Positions 49,598 through 59,168 of a DNA stretch of 64,000 nt are shown here, piece after piece. How positions within the stretch are numbered: position 1 is the stretch's first letter; the number at the start of each line of letters is the position of its first letter. The DNA comes from Armatimonadota bacterium (GTDB lineage Bacteria > Armatimonadota > Fimbriimonadia > Fimbriimonadales > Fimbriimonadaceae). Both the position numbers and the translations under genes were made by a program. The notes beneath the pieces are model-generated. The model did not search any database, was not told the DNA's origin, and was given only the letters and a program-made list of their open reading frames with translations. Location: assembly GCA_031400935.1 (NCBI GenBank), contig JANNQV010000028.1, positions 62,001 to 126,000 of the forward strand, given 5' to 3'.

Positions 49598-50595
49598 TTG
49601 TGATCCTTAGCGCCACTCTCGCACTTTCCGCACTTTGTCTGTCTTGTTCTGCGAGCACTGTTGATTCAATTCAAGGTTCAACGACTGCAGGTGAATCCAA
49701 AATTGTCGGGCAAACTCCGATGCCTGTACAGTTTCCCTTTACATTCGATAAAGCTAAGGCATGGGCGCATCTGATGAAGCAATGCGCTTTCGGTCCACGC
49801 ACTTCTGGAACAGAAGCTCATCGGCTCTGCCGAGATTGGCTTCTTGAAGAAGTCAAGAAAGCCTGCGGCAACTCACGACTTCAGCCATTTTCGCATCGTT
49901 GGTCGCAATCTGGAAAGCCGATTAATATGTGGAACGTGATCGGAGAGCAAAATTGGAAGGACGCGACGACGCGTGTTGTTGTATTAGCCCACTGGGACAC
50001 GCGTCCAACAGCCGACATGGAATATGACTACAAGAACCAGAAGAAGCCTATTCTAGGCGCAAACGACGGGGCTTCTGGGGTTGCGGTTCTACTCGAACTC
50101 ATGCGAGTAACGAAGGACATACTTCCAAAGGACCTCGGCGTCATGTATTTGCTCGTTGATGGCGAAGACTTGGGTCCAAACTTGGATGAGATGTTCTTAG
50201 GGGCAGCCTATTTTAGCAAAAATCCCGGACAGTTGAAGCCCGATTACGGCATCTTGATAGACATGATCGGCGACAAAAATCTCTCGATCCCGATGGAGCC
50301 GAACAGCGATGATTGGGCTTCTCCCCTACTCAAAGCTTTTTATCAACATGCCTCCAAGGCAGGGCTTGGCAAGTGGTTTCCGCAAACATGGGGCACACGC
50401 ATTGAAGACGACCACATTCCGATGAACCAAAACGGAATTCCAACGATCGACTTAATTGATTTTACTTACGATGCGTGGCACACGCTTGCCGATACACCTG
50501 ACAAATGCTCGCCCGATTCTTTGGAGCATGTCGGTGCTGCCCTGGAGACTTGGTTGATGAAAACTCCGGTATGGAAGTATCCGGCTCGAAACTGA
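49582..50595 (+). CDS. M28 family peptidase / glutaminyl cyclase-like lipoprotein
   Basis: AHWDTRP, GANDGASG, DGED, DMIG, EDDH, WHT. Confidence 0.9.
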   Translation: MDRPIIVILSATLALSALCLSCSASTVDSIQGSTTAGESKIVGQTPMPVQFPFTFDKAKAWAHLMKQCAFGPRTSGTEAHRLCRDWLLEEVKKACGNSRLQPFSHRWSQSGKPINMWNVIGEQNWKDATTRVVVLAHWDTRPTADMEYDYKNQKKPILGANDGASGVAVLLELMRVTKDILPKDLGVMYLLVDGEDLGPNLDEMFLGAAYFSKNPGQLKPDYGILIDMIGDKNLSIPMEPNSDDWASPLLKAFYQHASKAGLGKWFPQTWGTRIEDDHIPMNQNGIPTIDLIDFTYDAWHTLADTPDKCSPDSLEHVGAALETWLMKTPVWKYPARN

Positions 50596-50673
50596 ACTTA
50601 CTACACTGGTGATTTCGAAGACTGAAAGCCCTCTGCAATGCAGTTGGCATTGTTGCTATGTCATTCTCATGCC

Positions 50674-51414
50674 ATGCCATTGATCGAAATCGTCTGTCAA
50701 TCTCCCGAAGATTGCCGAATGGCTCAGGAGGCTGGGGCGGGTCGTATTGAATTTGTGTCCTCAATTGAACTTGGTGGTCTGTCAGCGTCAGTTGAAGCAG
50801 TCCGGCAGGCTGTTCGGACCTGCTCGATTCCAATTCTGGTGATGGTGCGCCCTCGTAGCGGGGGGTTCCATTTTTCCCCATTAGAAGAGGAGCTTTTAAT
50901 TGAAGAATCAAAGTTTTGGCTAACTCAATCCGACGTTCATCTTCAGGGAATCGTAACCGGAGCACTGAACAAAAATGCCGAACTTGAACTAAGAGTTCTA
51001 AAGCAGATTGCTGAAAGCAAGGGCGAGAATACACTTGTATGCCACAGGTGCTTTGATTTGACGGCAGATCCATTTGCCGCAATGGAGCAGTTGATTGACC
51101 TTGGATTTACAAGAATTTTGACGAGCGGCCAACGATCAACTGCAATGGAGGGAATCGAGCTACTTCGAGAGCTTCGAGAAAGAGCGGCAGGGCGAATTGA
51201 AATTCTGCCTGCTGGCGGAATCCGTGCTGAAAATGCGGCGACAGTTCTTTCCAGGACTGGGTGCAACCAGGTTCATTTGGGTCCCTTTCTTTCCATCGAA
51301 TCTGTTTCGAAAAATGCCGAGCGCGGAATTGACTATGGTGGGCACTTAGTAGTTGATGAGGAAGAGATTCGGCGTTTGCGGAAAGCAATAGAAGCACGCG
51401 AAGAGGTCAATTAG
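50674..51414 (+). CDS. cutC: Copper homeostasis protein CutC
   Basis: GAGRIE, MVRPRSGGF, HRCFD, RILTSG. Confidence 0.92.
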   Translation: MPLIEIVCQSPEDCRMAQEAGAGRIEFVSSIELGGLSASVEAVRQAVRTCSIPILVMVRPRSGGFHFSPLEEELLIEESKFWLTQSDVHLQGIVTGALNKNAELELRVLKQIAESKGENTLVCHRCFDLTADPFAAMEQLIDLGFTRILTSGQRSTAMEGIELLRELRERAAGRIEILPAGGIRAENAATVLSRTGCNQVHLGPFLSIESVSKNAERGIDYGGHLVVDEEEIRRLRKAIEAREEVN

Positions 51415-51418
51415 CGAC

Positions 51419-53581
51419 TCACCGAAATGCAACCCAATTCATACTCCTTGGTTTGATGGCTATCGAAATTTGTATCTGATCTTTGCGATCCAATTTGCCT
51501 GATTTCTCAATTAAGCCTGAAATCGAGTACCGACAACTTCCGCGCAAACCCGAGTAGTAGAGTGGCACGGTTATTGTGGCTTTGACTGGCTCGTTTGACG
51601 GATTGTAGGCGACAAGCATCGCCATAGTCGGCAAATTCGGATTCACATGAACCGCCGCGTCGACATTTCGTCCGTCAGCGCGTTTGATATGAATCACGTC
51701 AGATTCTAGAATGGCTCGGTGCTTCTTGAACCACGTTACTGCATCAATAACGACCTTCTTCGTTTCAGGAGAATCGTATAATCTTGGGCCGCGATAGCAT
51801 GATTGCGCCCCAAAACCGAAGTTGTTCAGAAGGTGCTGCTCATAATCTTGCAGGTGGTCCTTGAGAGGCTCAATAGTGGCTTCGTTTCCTCCTCCTTGGT
51901 ATTCGACAAGGGGAGTCATCATCCAACCCATTGTTGGCGTTTTGTCCCAAGTTCCATCGAACAGGTTTTGTCTGGCATGGATATGCTGCTGGGCCCGGGG
52001 CAGCGACCAATTGGACTCCCGATAACCCATTCCTGTCTTGTTTGATCCGGTCAGGAAATACCAATCTGGAACGTTCAAATAGGTTCCGTTTGCCCTGCAT
52101 TCCCGATAGTAGTCTCGAATGGCAATCCACTGATTCCATTGAGAATCTTCAAGTCCCTTGTGTCCTGGGTGCAATGTGGAGGCACAATGGTCTCCCGGAT
52201 AGTTTCCGTCGTGCTCTAAGAGTTGGAATCCCGTTTCCTTCATGAACTTCCGAATCGTCTGGAAATACTGAATCCCCCATTTGCTGCAAAGACAAGGCGA
52301 ACTTCCAAAAATGGCTCCTCCCGTCTTTCCAGTGAGCGGATTGATCACGTCGTTTTCATCATCAATTCGCCGACTGGCGAGTAGTGAATACCCGCCCAGT
52401 TCAACTCCCTTTTGGTTAGCGTACTCTCGGAATTGTTTGAATTTAGATATGTTTTCATTTCCTAAATTCTCCATATCCAGTCCCGACCAAAAGCTGATAA
52501 TGACAATTTCAAAACCACATTCCGCGGCTTGATCTATTGCGGGCAGCACTACTTTCGGATCTACGGACGTAAGGTGCAGCATGATCGGGTTTTCCGTAAC
52601 CCATGGGGAGAGCATTCGATAGAACCGCCTCAGTGCAAGCGATTTTCGTTCTCGCTCGTCGGAATCGTGAATGATCTCAAAGGTGCGGAAACTCTCAAAC
52701 GCCTTGCCAAATGCAATGGTTTGGTTTGGCCCCTTCGGCGGACGGACTTCGAGGAGACAAGGGGTTCTGCGCTCATAGTTCACTTGAGTTGCGTAGTCTG
52801 GATCAGGCAACCAATAGGCATTCTTGCAATGAACGGAATTGTCAAATCCGCCAAATGCATAGTCGCTGAGAATCGACACATTTGGCAAGAGCCATTGATC
52901 TTGCCCATCCACGGTTGATTGACGTTCGACGAAACTCAGGTTCTCAGAGATGAACGAGTCGAGAACAACTGCCGACCCTGAATTGTTGATCACTCTTACG
53001 GACTTGCAGAAAGTTGGCGATCCGTCATAGAGTTCAAAGCGAACATCCACTCGAATTCCGGCAGCCTTTGAGTTTTCTGCTGCTTGAAACGTCAAGGTCA
53101 ATGATGCCCCAGGAGCGGGCCAAGGACGACTTTCGCAGTGCCTCACGCGTTTCCAATCAAATGGTGCTACCGTTTTGCCGACTTCAAATTTCACGAATTG
53201 AAATGCGCCAGGAATCGGCTTGAGTTGATTGAGCCAGTCATCAGTTAGAAAAGCGTGATTGGGCTGCCCAGTTAGTCCGCCAATTGCGTACTTCTCTCCG
53301 TTTAGGGTTAGCCATGCTTCTGGTTTGGCTGCGCGAAGAAAAGTTTCCTTGGTTAGCAAATGATCAATCGCAACCGTAGCCGCATTTGGCGAGAGGCGAA
53401 ACGTACGAGAGACGATTCCGTTGGACAGAACGATCTCATTTGGTGTACCTGTACGAAACACGCCAGCTTTTGTCGAAACGCCTTCGACCAGCCAATCGCC
53501 CGATGCTCCGAGTTTCGGAACAATGGGCAAGCCAGATACTTGCGATGCAAAAGTAGTCCCAAGAATAACGGCCATGATCAC
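51419..53581 (-). CDS. Secreted alpha-galactosidase-like glycoside hydrolase
   Basis: Signal peptide, NGIVSRTF, LEHDG; family assignment tentative. Confidence 0.65.
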   Translation of the reverse strand: MIMAVILGTTFASQVSGLPIVPKLGASGDWLVEGVSTKAGVFRTGTPNEIVLSNGIVSRTFRLSPNAATVAIDHLLTKETFLRAAKPEAWLTLNGEKYAIGGLTGQPNHAFLTDDWLNQLKPIPGAFQFVKFEVGKTVAPFDWKRVRHCESRPWPAPGASLTLTFQAAENSKAAGIRVDVRFELYDGSPTFCKSVRVINNSGSAVVLDSFISENLSFVERQSTVDGQDQWLLPNVSILSDYAFGGFDNSVHCKNAYWLPDPDYATQVNYERRTPCLLEVRPPKGPNQTIAFGKAFESFRTFEIIHDSDERERKSLALRRFYRMLSPWVTENPIMLHLTSVDPKVVLPAIDQAAECGFEIVIISFWSGLDMENLGNENISKFKQFREYANQKGVELGGYSLLASRRIDDENDVINPLTGKTGGAIFGSSPCLCSKWGIQYFQTIRKFMKETGFQLLEHDGNYPGDHCASTLHPGHKGLEDSQWNQWIAIRDYYRECRANGTYLNVPDWYFLTGSNKTGMGYRESNWSLPRAQQHIHARQNLFDGTWDKTPTMGWMMTPLVEYQGGGNEATIEPLKDHLQDYEQHLLNNFGFGAQSCYRGPRLYDSPETKKVVIDAVTWFKKHRAILESDVIHIKRADGRNVDAAVHVNPNLPTMAMLVAYNPSNEPVKATITVPLYYSGLRGSCRYSISGLIEKSGKLDRKDQIQISIAIKPRSMNWVAFR

Positions 53582-53747
53582 GCCATCATTTTGTCAGCCT
53601 TTTACCAACAAAAGTTATGGAGCCCTGTCGCTGAGAGGCTCCTTTCGAATTAGGATTCGTGTTTCGGCTGTTGTGAGAGCTGGCCAAAGATATCCACAGC
53701 CACTGTCGCTAGGCAAAGATTTTGCCCTCTTGCTCAAAATAGGTCAC

Positions 53748-54170
53748 GTGCCCGAATCCACCTTTGTCGCCGATGAATTGGCAATGAAACGCCTCGCGGG
53801 CGAGTTAATCACTCGCTTTCAGATTGGCGACATGGTCTTGCTTTTTGGCGATCTTGGGGCGGGGAAAACTACATTTGTCCGCGGCATTTTGGAGTCACTG
53901 AATTGGAAAGGAATCGTTCGTTCGCCTACATTCAATTTGATGCAGGTGTTTGAGACGGAACCGCCCATCGTCCATGCTGACCTTTATCGCCTCAGCGGAG
54001 ATGCCGATTTTGGGCTTGAAGAGGCTGGAAACGGGCGAATTACGTTTGTGGAATGGCCCGAAAGATTTGCATCGCTCTTATCGCGCACAGACTGCTGGCG
54101 GATCAAAATTGAGATTCTTAAAGACGGGCGAAACGTATGCATTTTGCTTCCTGGTGAACAGGTACCCTAA
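53748..54170 (+). CDS. tsaE: tRNA threonylcarbamoyladenosine biosynthesis ATPase TsaE
   Basis: GDLGAGKTT, SPTF, HADLYRL, VEWPE; GTG start. Confidence 0.94.
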   Translation: MPESTFVADELAMKRLAGELITRFQIGDMVLLFGDLGAGKTTFVRGILESLNWKGIVRSPTFNLMQVFETEPPIVHADLYRLSGDADFGLEEAGNGRITFVEWPERFASLLSRTDCWRIKIEILKDGRNVCILLPGEQVP

Positions 54171-54176
54171 CTTGAA

Positions 54177-55130
54177 ATGAGAATTGGTTTTCTTAGCACT
54201 GCACACATGCATGCATGGGGTTATGGGGCCGCATTACAGAATTGTGACGACGCCCAAATTTCCAGTGTTTGGGACGACAATGTTGAGCGCGGCAGAGCAT
54301 TTGCATCCAAATTTGGTGCGAAGTTTGAATCGGATCGCGCAATCGTGATTGAGCAAAGCGACGCATTGATCATCGCTTCAGAAAACATGTCGCATATCGA
54401 GCATTTGGAAGCCTGCCACCAGTCCGGAAAGCCAGTTCTTTGCGAAAAGCCCATCATAGGCAGCGAATCGCACGTGGAATGTCTTCAGGCCCTCATCGCC
54501 GACGATGCGAAGATCATGACTGCGTTTCCGTGTCGATACTCACCAGCTTTTGTCCGGCTAAGCGAAAGGGTTAGGAACGGCGAAATCGGTAAGATTTTGT
54601 CCATTTGCGCTACAAATCGAGGGCGTTGCCCGTTTGATTGGTTTGTCGAAACGGACAAATCGGGCGGTGGGGCAATGATTGATCACGTGGTTCATGTTGC
54701 CGATTTGCTATCAGTTCTGCTTGGAAAGCAGCCTCTATATGTTCAAGCGCAGACTGGCCGGAACATGTATAAGCAGGATTGGGAAGATACGGCAATGCTC
54801 ACGCTTGACTATGAAGACGGAACCTTTGCCACGCTTGATTCAAGCTGGTCGTTCCCGCAAGGTTACAAAACTTGGGGCGACGTTACGATGAACATTGTTG
54901 GTGACAAGGGTGTAATTGAGCTCGATTTGTTTGGCCAAGGGATGGAAATGAGCGTGGCTGGAACTTCAAATGTTGTCGGCTTTGGCAGCGATTTGGACAA
55001 TTTGCTTGTTGCTGACTTTCTTCGCTTCGCGAAAGGAGAAATCGAGTGTCCGATTTCAGCGCGGGCTGGCCTTGATGCTACCCAAGTCGCATTGCAAGGC
55101 TATGAAAGTGCAAGAACTACTGTCGCTTAG
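54177..55130 (+). CDS. Gfo/Idh/MocA oxidoreductase
   Basis: VLCEKP, GGGAMIDHVVH. Confidence 0.9.
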   Translation: MRIGFLSTAHMHAWGYGAALQNCDDAQISSVWDDNVERGRAFASKFGAKFESDRAIVIEQSDALIIASENMSHIEHLEACHQSGKPVLCEKPIIGSESHVECLQALIADDAKIMTAFPCRYSPAFVRLSERVRNGEIGKILSICATNRGRCPFDWFVETDKSGGGAMIDHVVHVADLLSVLLGKQPLYVQAQTGRNMYKQDWEDTAMLTLDYEDGTFATLDSSWSFPQGYKTWGDVTMNIVGDKGVIELDLFGQGMEMSVAGTSNVVGFGSDLDNLLVADFLRFAKGEIECPISARAGLDATQVALQGYESARTTVA

Positions 55131-56151
55131 CTGGCCTTGCGTTCACAACGGGTGCTTTCCATTCCGCTACCTTCCGCCATCGAGTAGACTCATAAAGTTC
55201 GGCGATTGTAGGCTTGCGTCCGCCCGACCAAACAACAACATGCTGCCCTAGCCTTGCCAGCTTTTTGTCCAATCCAATTTTGAGCTTAGCCCCGGTTTCG
55301 AGCGATAGCGCAAACATACCTGAGTCGTCTCTCAATACGCCAACCCAAGGGGCTTGGGTATCAAGAGATCGGATTTCTCCGTTCGTTTCATATATGCTTG
55401 ACTTCGTCAATGTGTTCAAGTCCACCCATCCAATCAGGTGAGCTCCGTCTTTTGTTTCCTCGATAAAACACGCATTTCCACCTTCACCAAGAAGCAAGTC
55501 TTCCAGATTTGAACCAATACTCTTTCGCTTCACTTTTCCGTCGCTTAGTTGAATTTGAGCTACGCTCCATTCATCCTTCGAGGTGTCCGTTACAATGATG
55601 CTATGGCCAATGATTGGCAGGGAATTAGAATTTCTAGGAAGCACGATGTTTGAGAATCGCGCAATGGGTTCGGGCGAGAGGTTTTTCGATGTCAAGTCAA
55701 TTCGAAGGAGTCCATCAAACCAAGTGCTCCCCTGAGGTGTCCTCCAACGAATCAACAAAAACACTCTGTTGCTAAATCTTCGATGAGCCATTAGCTCAGT
55801 TTTTGACGGATCGTATCCTCCATATTCTAAGAGAAGCTGATTTTTGGCAATTTGCATTCGGTCAAACCACCGGCCGTCGGTAGCTAGTGATTCAAGGCGG
55901 GTGCTGACAAGCTTCGAGCCGCGACGCAGGTTCAATCCTCGGGAATCCCAGACCACATAGTTATCGTCCTTCCTGTAGTTCGCCGTCATCGGTTGGGTAG
56001 GCTTCGTTTGGCGACTAACAATTGGAGCGTAGAATTTCTTCTTTCCAAACTCGGCGACCCATTGCTGGTTTTGCAGAGTAAGCTTTGGAGCAGGTTCTTG
56101 CTGTGCTTGTCCAAGACTTGTCAGAACGGCGAGAAAGATCGAATGGATCAT
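55117..56151 (-). CDS. Secreted hypothetical protein
   Basis: Signal peptide; long ORF filling the gap. Confidence 0.7.
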   Translation of the reverse strand: MIHSIFLAVLTSLGQAQQEPAPKLTLQNQQWVAEFGKKKFYAPIVSRQTKPTQPMTANYRKDDNYVVWDSRGLNLRRGSKLVSTRLESLATDGRWFDRMQIAKNQLLLEYGGYDPSKTELMAHRRFSNRVFLLIRWRTPQGSTWFDGLLRIDLTSKNLSPEPIARFSNIVLPRNSNSLPIIGHSIIVTDTSKDEWSVAQIQLSDGKVKRKSIGSNLEDLLLGEGGNACFIEETKDGAHLIGWVDLNTLTKSSIYETNGEIRSLDTQAPWVGVLRDDSGMFALSLETGAKLKIGLDKKLARLGQHVVVWSGGRKPTIAELYESTRWRKVAEWKAPVVNARPAKRQ

Positions 56152-56170
56152 TGCTTAATAGGATAACACG

Positions 56171-56479
56171 ATGCGGTGCGAAGATTGCTTGCGATACGAT
56201 AGCGAAGTGAAGAAATGCCTCGATTCCAAGCTAAATCCTGCTTCGTGGTCATCAGCCATTGATGTCTCCAACATGTTCGGCTTGCGAGCGATTTGCGTAT
56301 TCAACGATCATCGGGAGAGGTTGGTAAGGTGTCGGGCTAGCGACAGATACAGCCATAGGGTCAGCCAGGAATCCAAATCAAAACTAATGAACGGTACTTA
56401 CAGGCTCAGAAAGCAGCACGGCATAGCCATCGGGATCAGCAACCAAAAACGTTCGCTCGCCCCAAACTGCCATTTCTAA
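56171..56479 (+). CDS. Small Cys-containing hypothetical protein
   Basis: CEDC...C...C; 3' end overlaps the convergent VOC gene by 96 nt. Confidence 0.45.
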   Translation: MRCEDCLRYDSEVKKCLDSKLNPASWSSAIDVSNMFGLRAICVFNDHRERLVRCRASDRYSHRVSQESKSKLMNGTYRLRKQHGIAIGISNQKRSLAPNCHF

Positions 56480-56770
56480 ACCACGGAGCACCTTGACATC
56501 GTGGTTTTGCAGGTCCTTCGCGATGGACTGCAAGCCCTGAACACGGAACTTCATCACCTGCCCGCCGCTTCTTTCGAGCATTGGGTTTTGCTCATCCTTA
56601 GGCTGCTGGAGTAAGAGAATTACCGTTTTACCCGTGACTATGTAGGCTAAACGATGGCCGTCAAATTCCTCAGACTTTTTGATCGGCAAGTGAAGCAACC
56701 CATGGTAAAACGCAAGCGATTGATCAAGATCGCCTACATCTAAAATCAGGTTGGTGAATACGTTTTCCAT
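56384..56770 (-). CDS. VOC/glyoxalase family protein
   Basis: VGDLDQSLAFY, WGERTFLVADPDG. Confidence 0.9.
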   Translation of the reverse strand: MENVFTNLILDVGDLDQSLAFYHGLLHLPIKKSEEFDGHRLAYIVTGKTVILLLQQPKDEQNPMLERSGGQVMKFRVQGLQSIAKDLQNHDVKVLRGLEMAVWGERTFLVADPDGYAVLLSEPVSTVH

Positions 56771-56844
56771 TGCGAATTATCAAACTTGATAATTAGTTCG
56801 CCGGCTAGACCGATAATTCCTTCTCAGACTCGCCATAATGAGGT

Positions 56845-57561
56845 ATGCCTGTCGGAGACCTTCGAAAACTCTGGAATCTTCACCTTATTGACGAGGCATT
56901 GCATGGAATTCGCTCTCGGGCAGGAGCACTAGACCCGGGCCGCAAAATCATCAAAGAAATTGATGCTTTGCAAGCCGCTTGCGACGAAATTGCTAAGACC
57001 TCCACCGAACTTCATAGTGAACAAACCGACCTTGAACTGAAACAAGCTTCGATTTCTGAAAAGATGAAGAAAATCGAAAAGAGCCTTTACGGCGGCATGA
57101 TTATCAGCCCGAGGGAAGTCGAAGCCTACCAAAAAGAGATCGAAATGCTTCGAAAGCAGCGAAGCGAAATGGACGACCGCTTGCTAGAATTGATCGAGAT
57201 CGTTGGTCCTGCGCAGGCCGAAACTGACAAGGCCAAGAAGCTGGTGGACGCCAAAAAGGCTGAACTTCAGCAGTACCAAAAGCAGATTGTTGTAGAAAAA
57301 TCGAGACTTGAAGGTGCATATAAAGAGGCAAGCGCACAAAGAGCTTTTGCCACTGCGGAAGTGCCACCAGTATTACTTAACAGGTACGAACCGATTGTGA
57401 AAAAGCATGGCACCGGAATGGCCAGAATCACAAAAGGCAGGTCGTGCGAAGCCTGTGGTCTGCAACTTGGCGAAAAAATTATCGAGATGGTCAAGGACGA
57501 GCGCCCTGTGCCTTGCGAGGCTTGCCACCGAATACTCTATTTTTCTGAAGGCTTGGTGTGA
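56845..57561 (+). CDS. Coiled-coil plus C4 zinc ribbon protein (DUF164/HP0958-like)
   Basis: Long coiled coil, CEAC...CEACHRILY. Confidence 0.88.
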   Translation: MPVGDLRKLWNLHLIDEALHGIRSRAGALDPGRKIIKEIDALQAACDEIAKTSTELHSEQTDLELKQASISEKMKKIEKSLYGGMIISPREVEAYQKEIEMLRKQRSEMDDRLLELIEIVGPAQAETDKAKKLVDAKKAELQQYQKQIVVEKSRLEGAYKEASAQRAFATAEVPPVLLNRYEPIVKKHGTGMARITKGRSCEACGLQLGEKIIEMVKDERPVPCEACHRILYFSEGLV

Positions 57562-58232
57562 AGCGCTTATTCTTCCTTTCTTTTGCATTGCTGGTAGGCG
57601 GGAGTTGCGCCCAATGGCCTTCGACGGGCGGCGGACCGGGCGGGTTGAGGCTCACTTTTTCCATGACAATGTCTGGGGACATCAATCCAAATTACGTTTA
57701 TTTTGTCGCGTTTAACCCATCTGTTGATGAAATCCCGACAGTTCAAGGTCCCATTCCGGTCATTTCGCCGCCGTGGGGAAACGGGTTCGTCTCGGGTAGC
57801 TCAACGCACTTTATGAGATGGGATGATTTTCAATCGCCAAAGTACCAAATTTATGCGTTTTTGAACACTACATTGTTAGACTTTTTTGCCGTGGGCGTAC
57901 CAGTGCAAGAACTTCCAGTCGGGCCGGGGAGCCGAGAGATTCGATTTGAAATTGAACTTGACCAGATTGCCGGAACAACCCCTCCAGAAGATCTCAAGTC
58001 CATTCAATTGAATTTTCTAACTATGAACGTCGTCCCTCAAGGCTCAGCTGGTAGCAAAGTTTGGGATGCATTGGGCAACGGATCCATTCCTTCCGAGATC
58101 AACGATTTTGTGACCATTCCGCTTCGAGTTGGCATTTACAACAACGCCACTTTTCAGTTCAGAGAGCCAAATGGTGACTGCATTGATCCGGGATTGGACA
58201 TCATTGATTGGCAGGTCGAAATCCGAAATTGA
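57558..58232 (+). CDS. Hypothetical lipoprotein
   Basis: Signal peptide ending GGSC; GTGA overlap. Confidence 0.7.
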   Translation: MKRLFFLSFALLVGGSCAQWPSTGGGPGGLRLTFSMTMSGDINPNYVYFVAFNPSVDEIPTVQGPIPVISPPWGNGFVSGSSTHFMRWDDFQSPKYQIYAFLNTTLLDFFAVGVPVQELPVGPGSREIRFEIELDQIAGTTPPEDLKSIQLNFLTMNVVPQGSAGSKVWDALGNGSIPSEINDFVTIPLRVGIYNNATFQFREPNGDCIDPGLDIIDWQVEIRN

Positions 58233-58235
58233 GCC

Positions 58236-59159
58236 ATGCCAAAGGTATCCGTTCTGCTTACGTGCTTCAACCACATTGCCTATATGCCAGAGGCGCTTGA
58301 TAGCATTCGATGCCAATCTTTTGGTGATTATGAAATCATTGCAATAGATGATGGTTCAAGTGACGAAACTCGAGAGTGGCTTACCGAAAACGCCAAAGAT
58401 TGCAAACTTATTTTCAATGAAACGAACCTAGGAACTTATGGCTCCCTGAACCGAGCCTTGAGTGAAGCTTCCGGAGAATTTGTCGCCATATTGAATGATG
58501 ATGATGTTTGGTTGCCTGACAAACTGGCTCGTCAAACTGAGTTACTTCAAACCAATCCGAAAGTTGGTTTGGTTCACACCGACGGCCTTTTTATTGATGG
58601 AAGTGGTGGGACAATCGAGGGTTCGCCACTCGGTTTTGAGTTTCCGAAAACTGTGACCGGAAATGTCCTATTGGCATTGCTCCACCAGAACAAAATAATA
58701 GCCAGCGCGGCTTTGGTGCGGAAGGAGTGTTTCGATCGTCTGGGAGGATTCAACGAGAGCTATTTTGGTTCCGGAGACTGGGAAATGTGGCTTCGGATTG
58801 CAGAGGAGTTTGAAGTCGGATTTGTGAAAGAAGAACTCACTAAATACCGAGTTCATGGCGCAAACGCAAGCCACAAATTGGACCGAATTTGGCAGGATGA
58901 TCAGAAACTGAGAGAGTGGATTCGTACTCGATATGACCAGTATCGCGCAATGGGATTCGCTTCCACGGAACTTACGAAAGCAATTTCTCACAACGAGGCC
59001 TGCTTAGGCACGATATACACATTGAACGGGAATCCTGCCAAGGGGCGTTCCGCATATTTTTCATCCATTCGCATGGCGCCTCTTCGCATCAAAAGCTATC
59101 TTCGCTGGATTACGACATGGTTGCCACGTTCATGGTTTCGAGGTTCGATTCGATTATAA
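58236..59159 (+). CDS. GT2 glycosyltransferase
   Basis: IDDGSSD, LNDDD, GDWEMWLR, YRVHG. Confidence 0.93.
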   Translation: MPKVSVLLTCFNHIAYMPEALDSIRCQSFGDYEIIAIDDGSSDETREWLTENAKDCKLIFNETNLGTYGSLNRALSEASGEFVAILNDDDVWLPDKLARQTELLQTNPKVGLVHTDGLFIDGSGGTIEGSPLGFEFPKTVTGNVLLALLHQNKIIASAALVRKECFDRLGGFNESYFGSGDWEMWLRIAEEFEVGFVKEELTKYRVHGANASHKLDRIWQDDQKLREWIRTRYDQYRAMGFASTELTKAISHNEACLGTIYTLNGNPAKGRSAYFSSIRMAPLRIKSYLRWITTWLPRSWFRGSIRL

Positions 59160-59168
59160 GGTTGCCTA

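Noticed and set aside
56790..56816. Sigma28 promoter before the zinc-ribbon gene
   Set aside because: TAAT-N15-ACCGATAA is a partial match, and a CATAAT box right before the ATG explains expression equally well.
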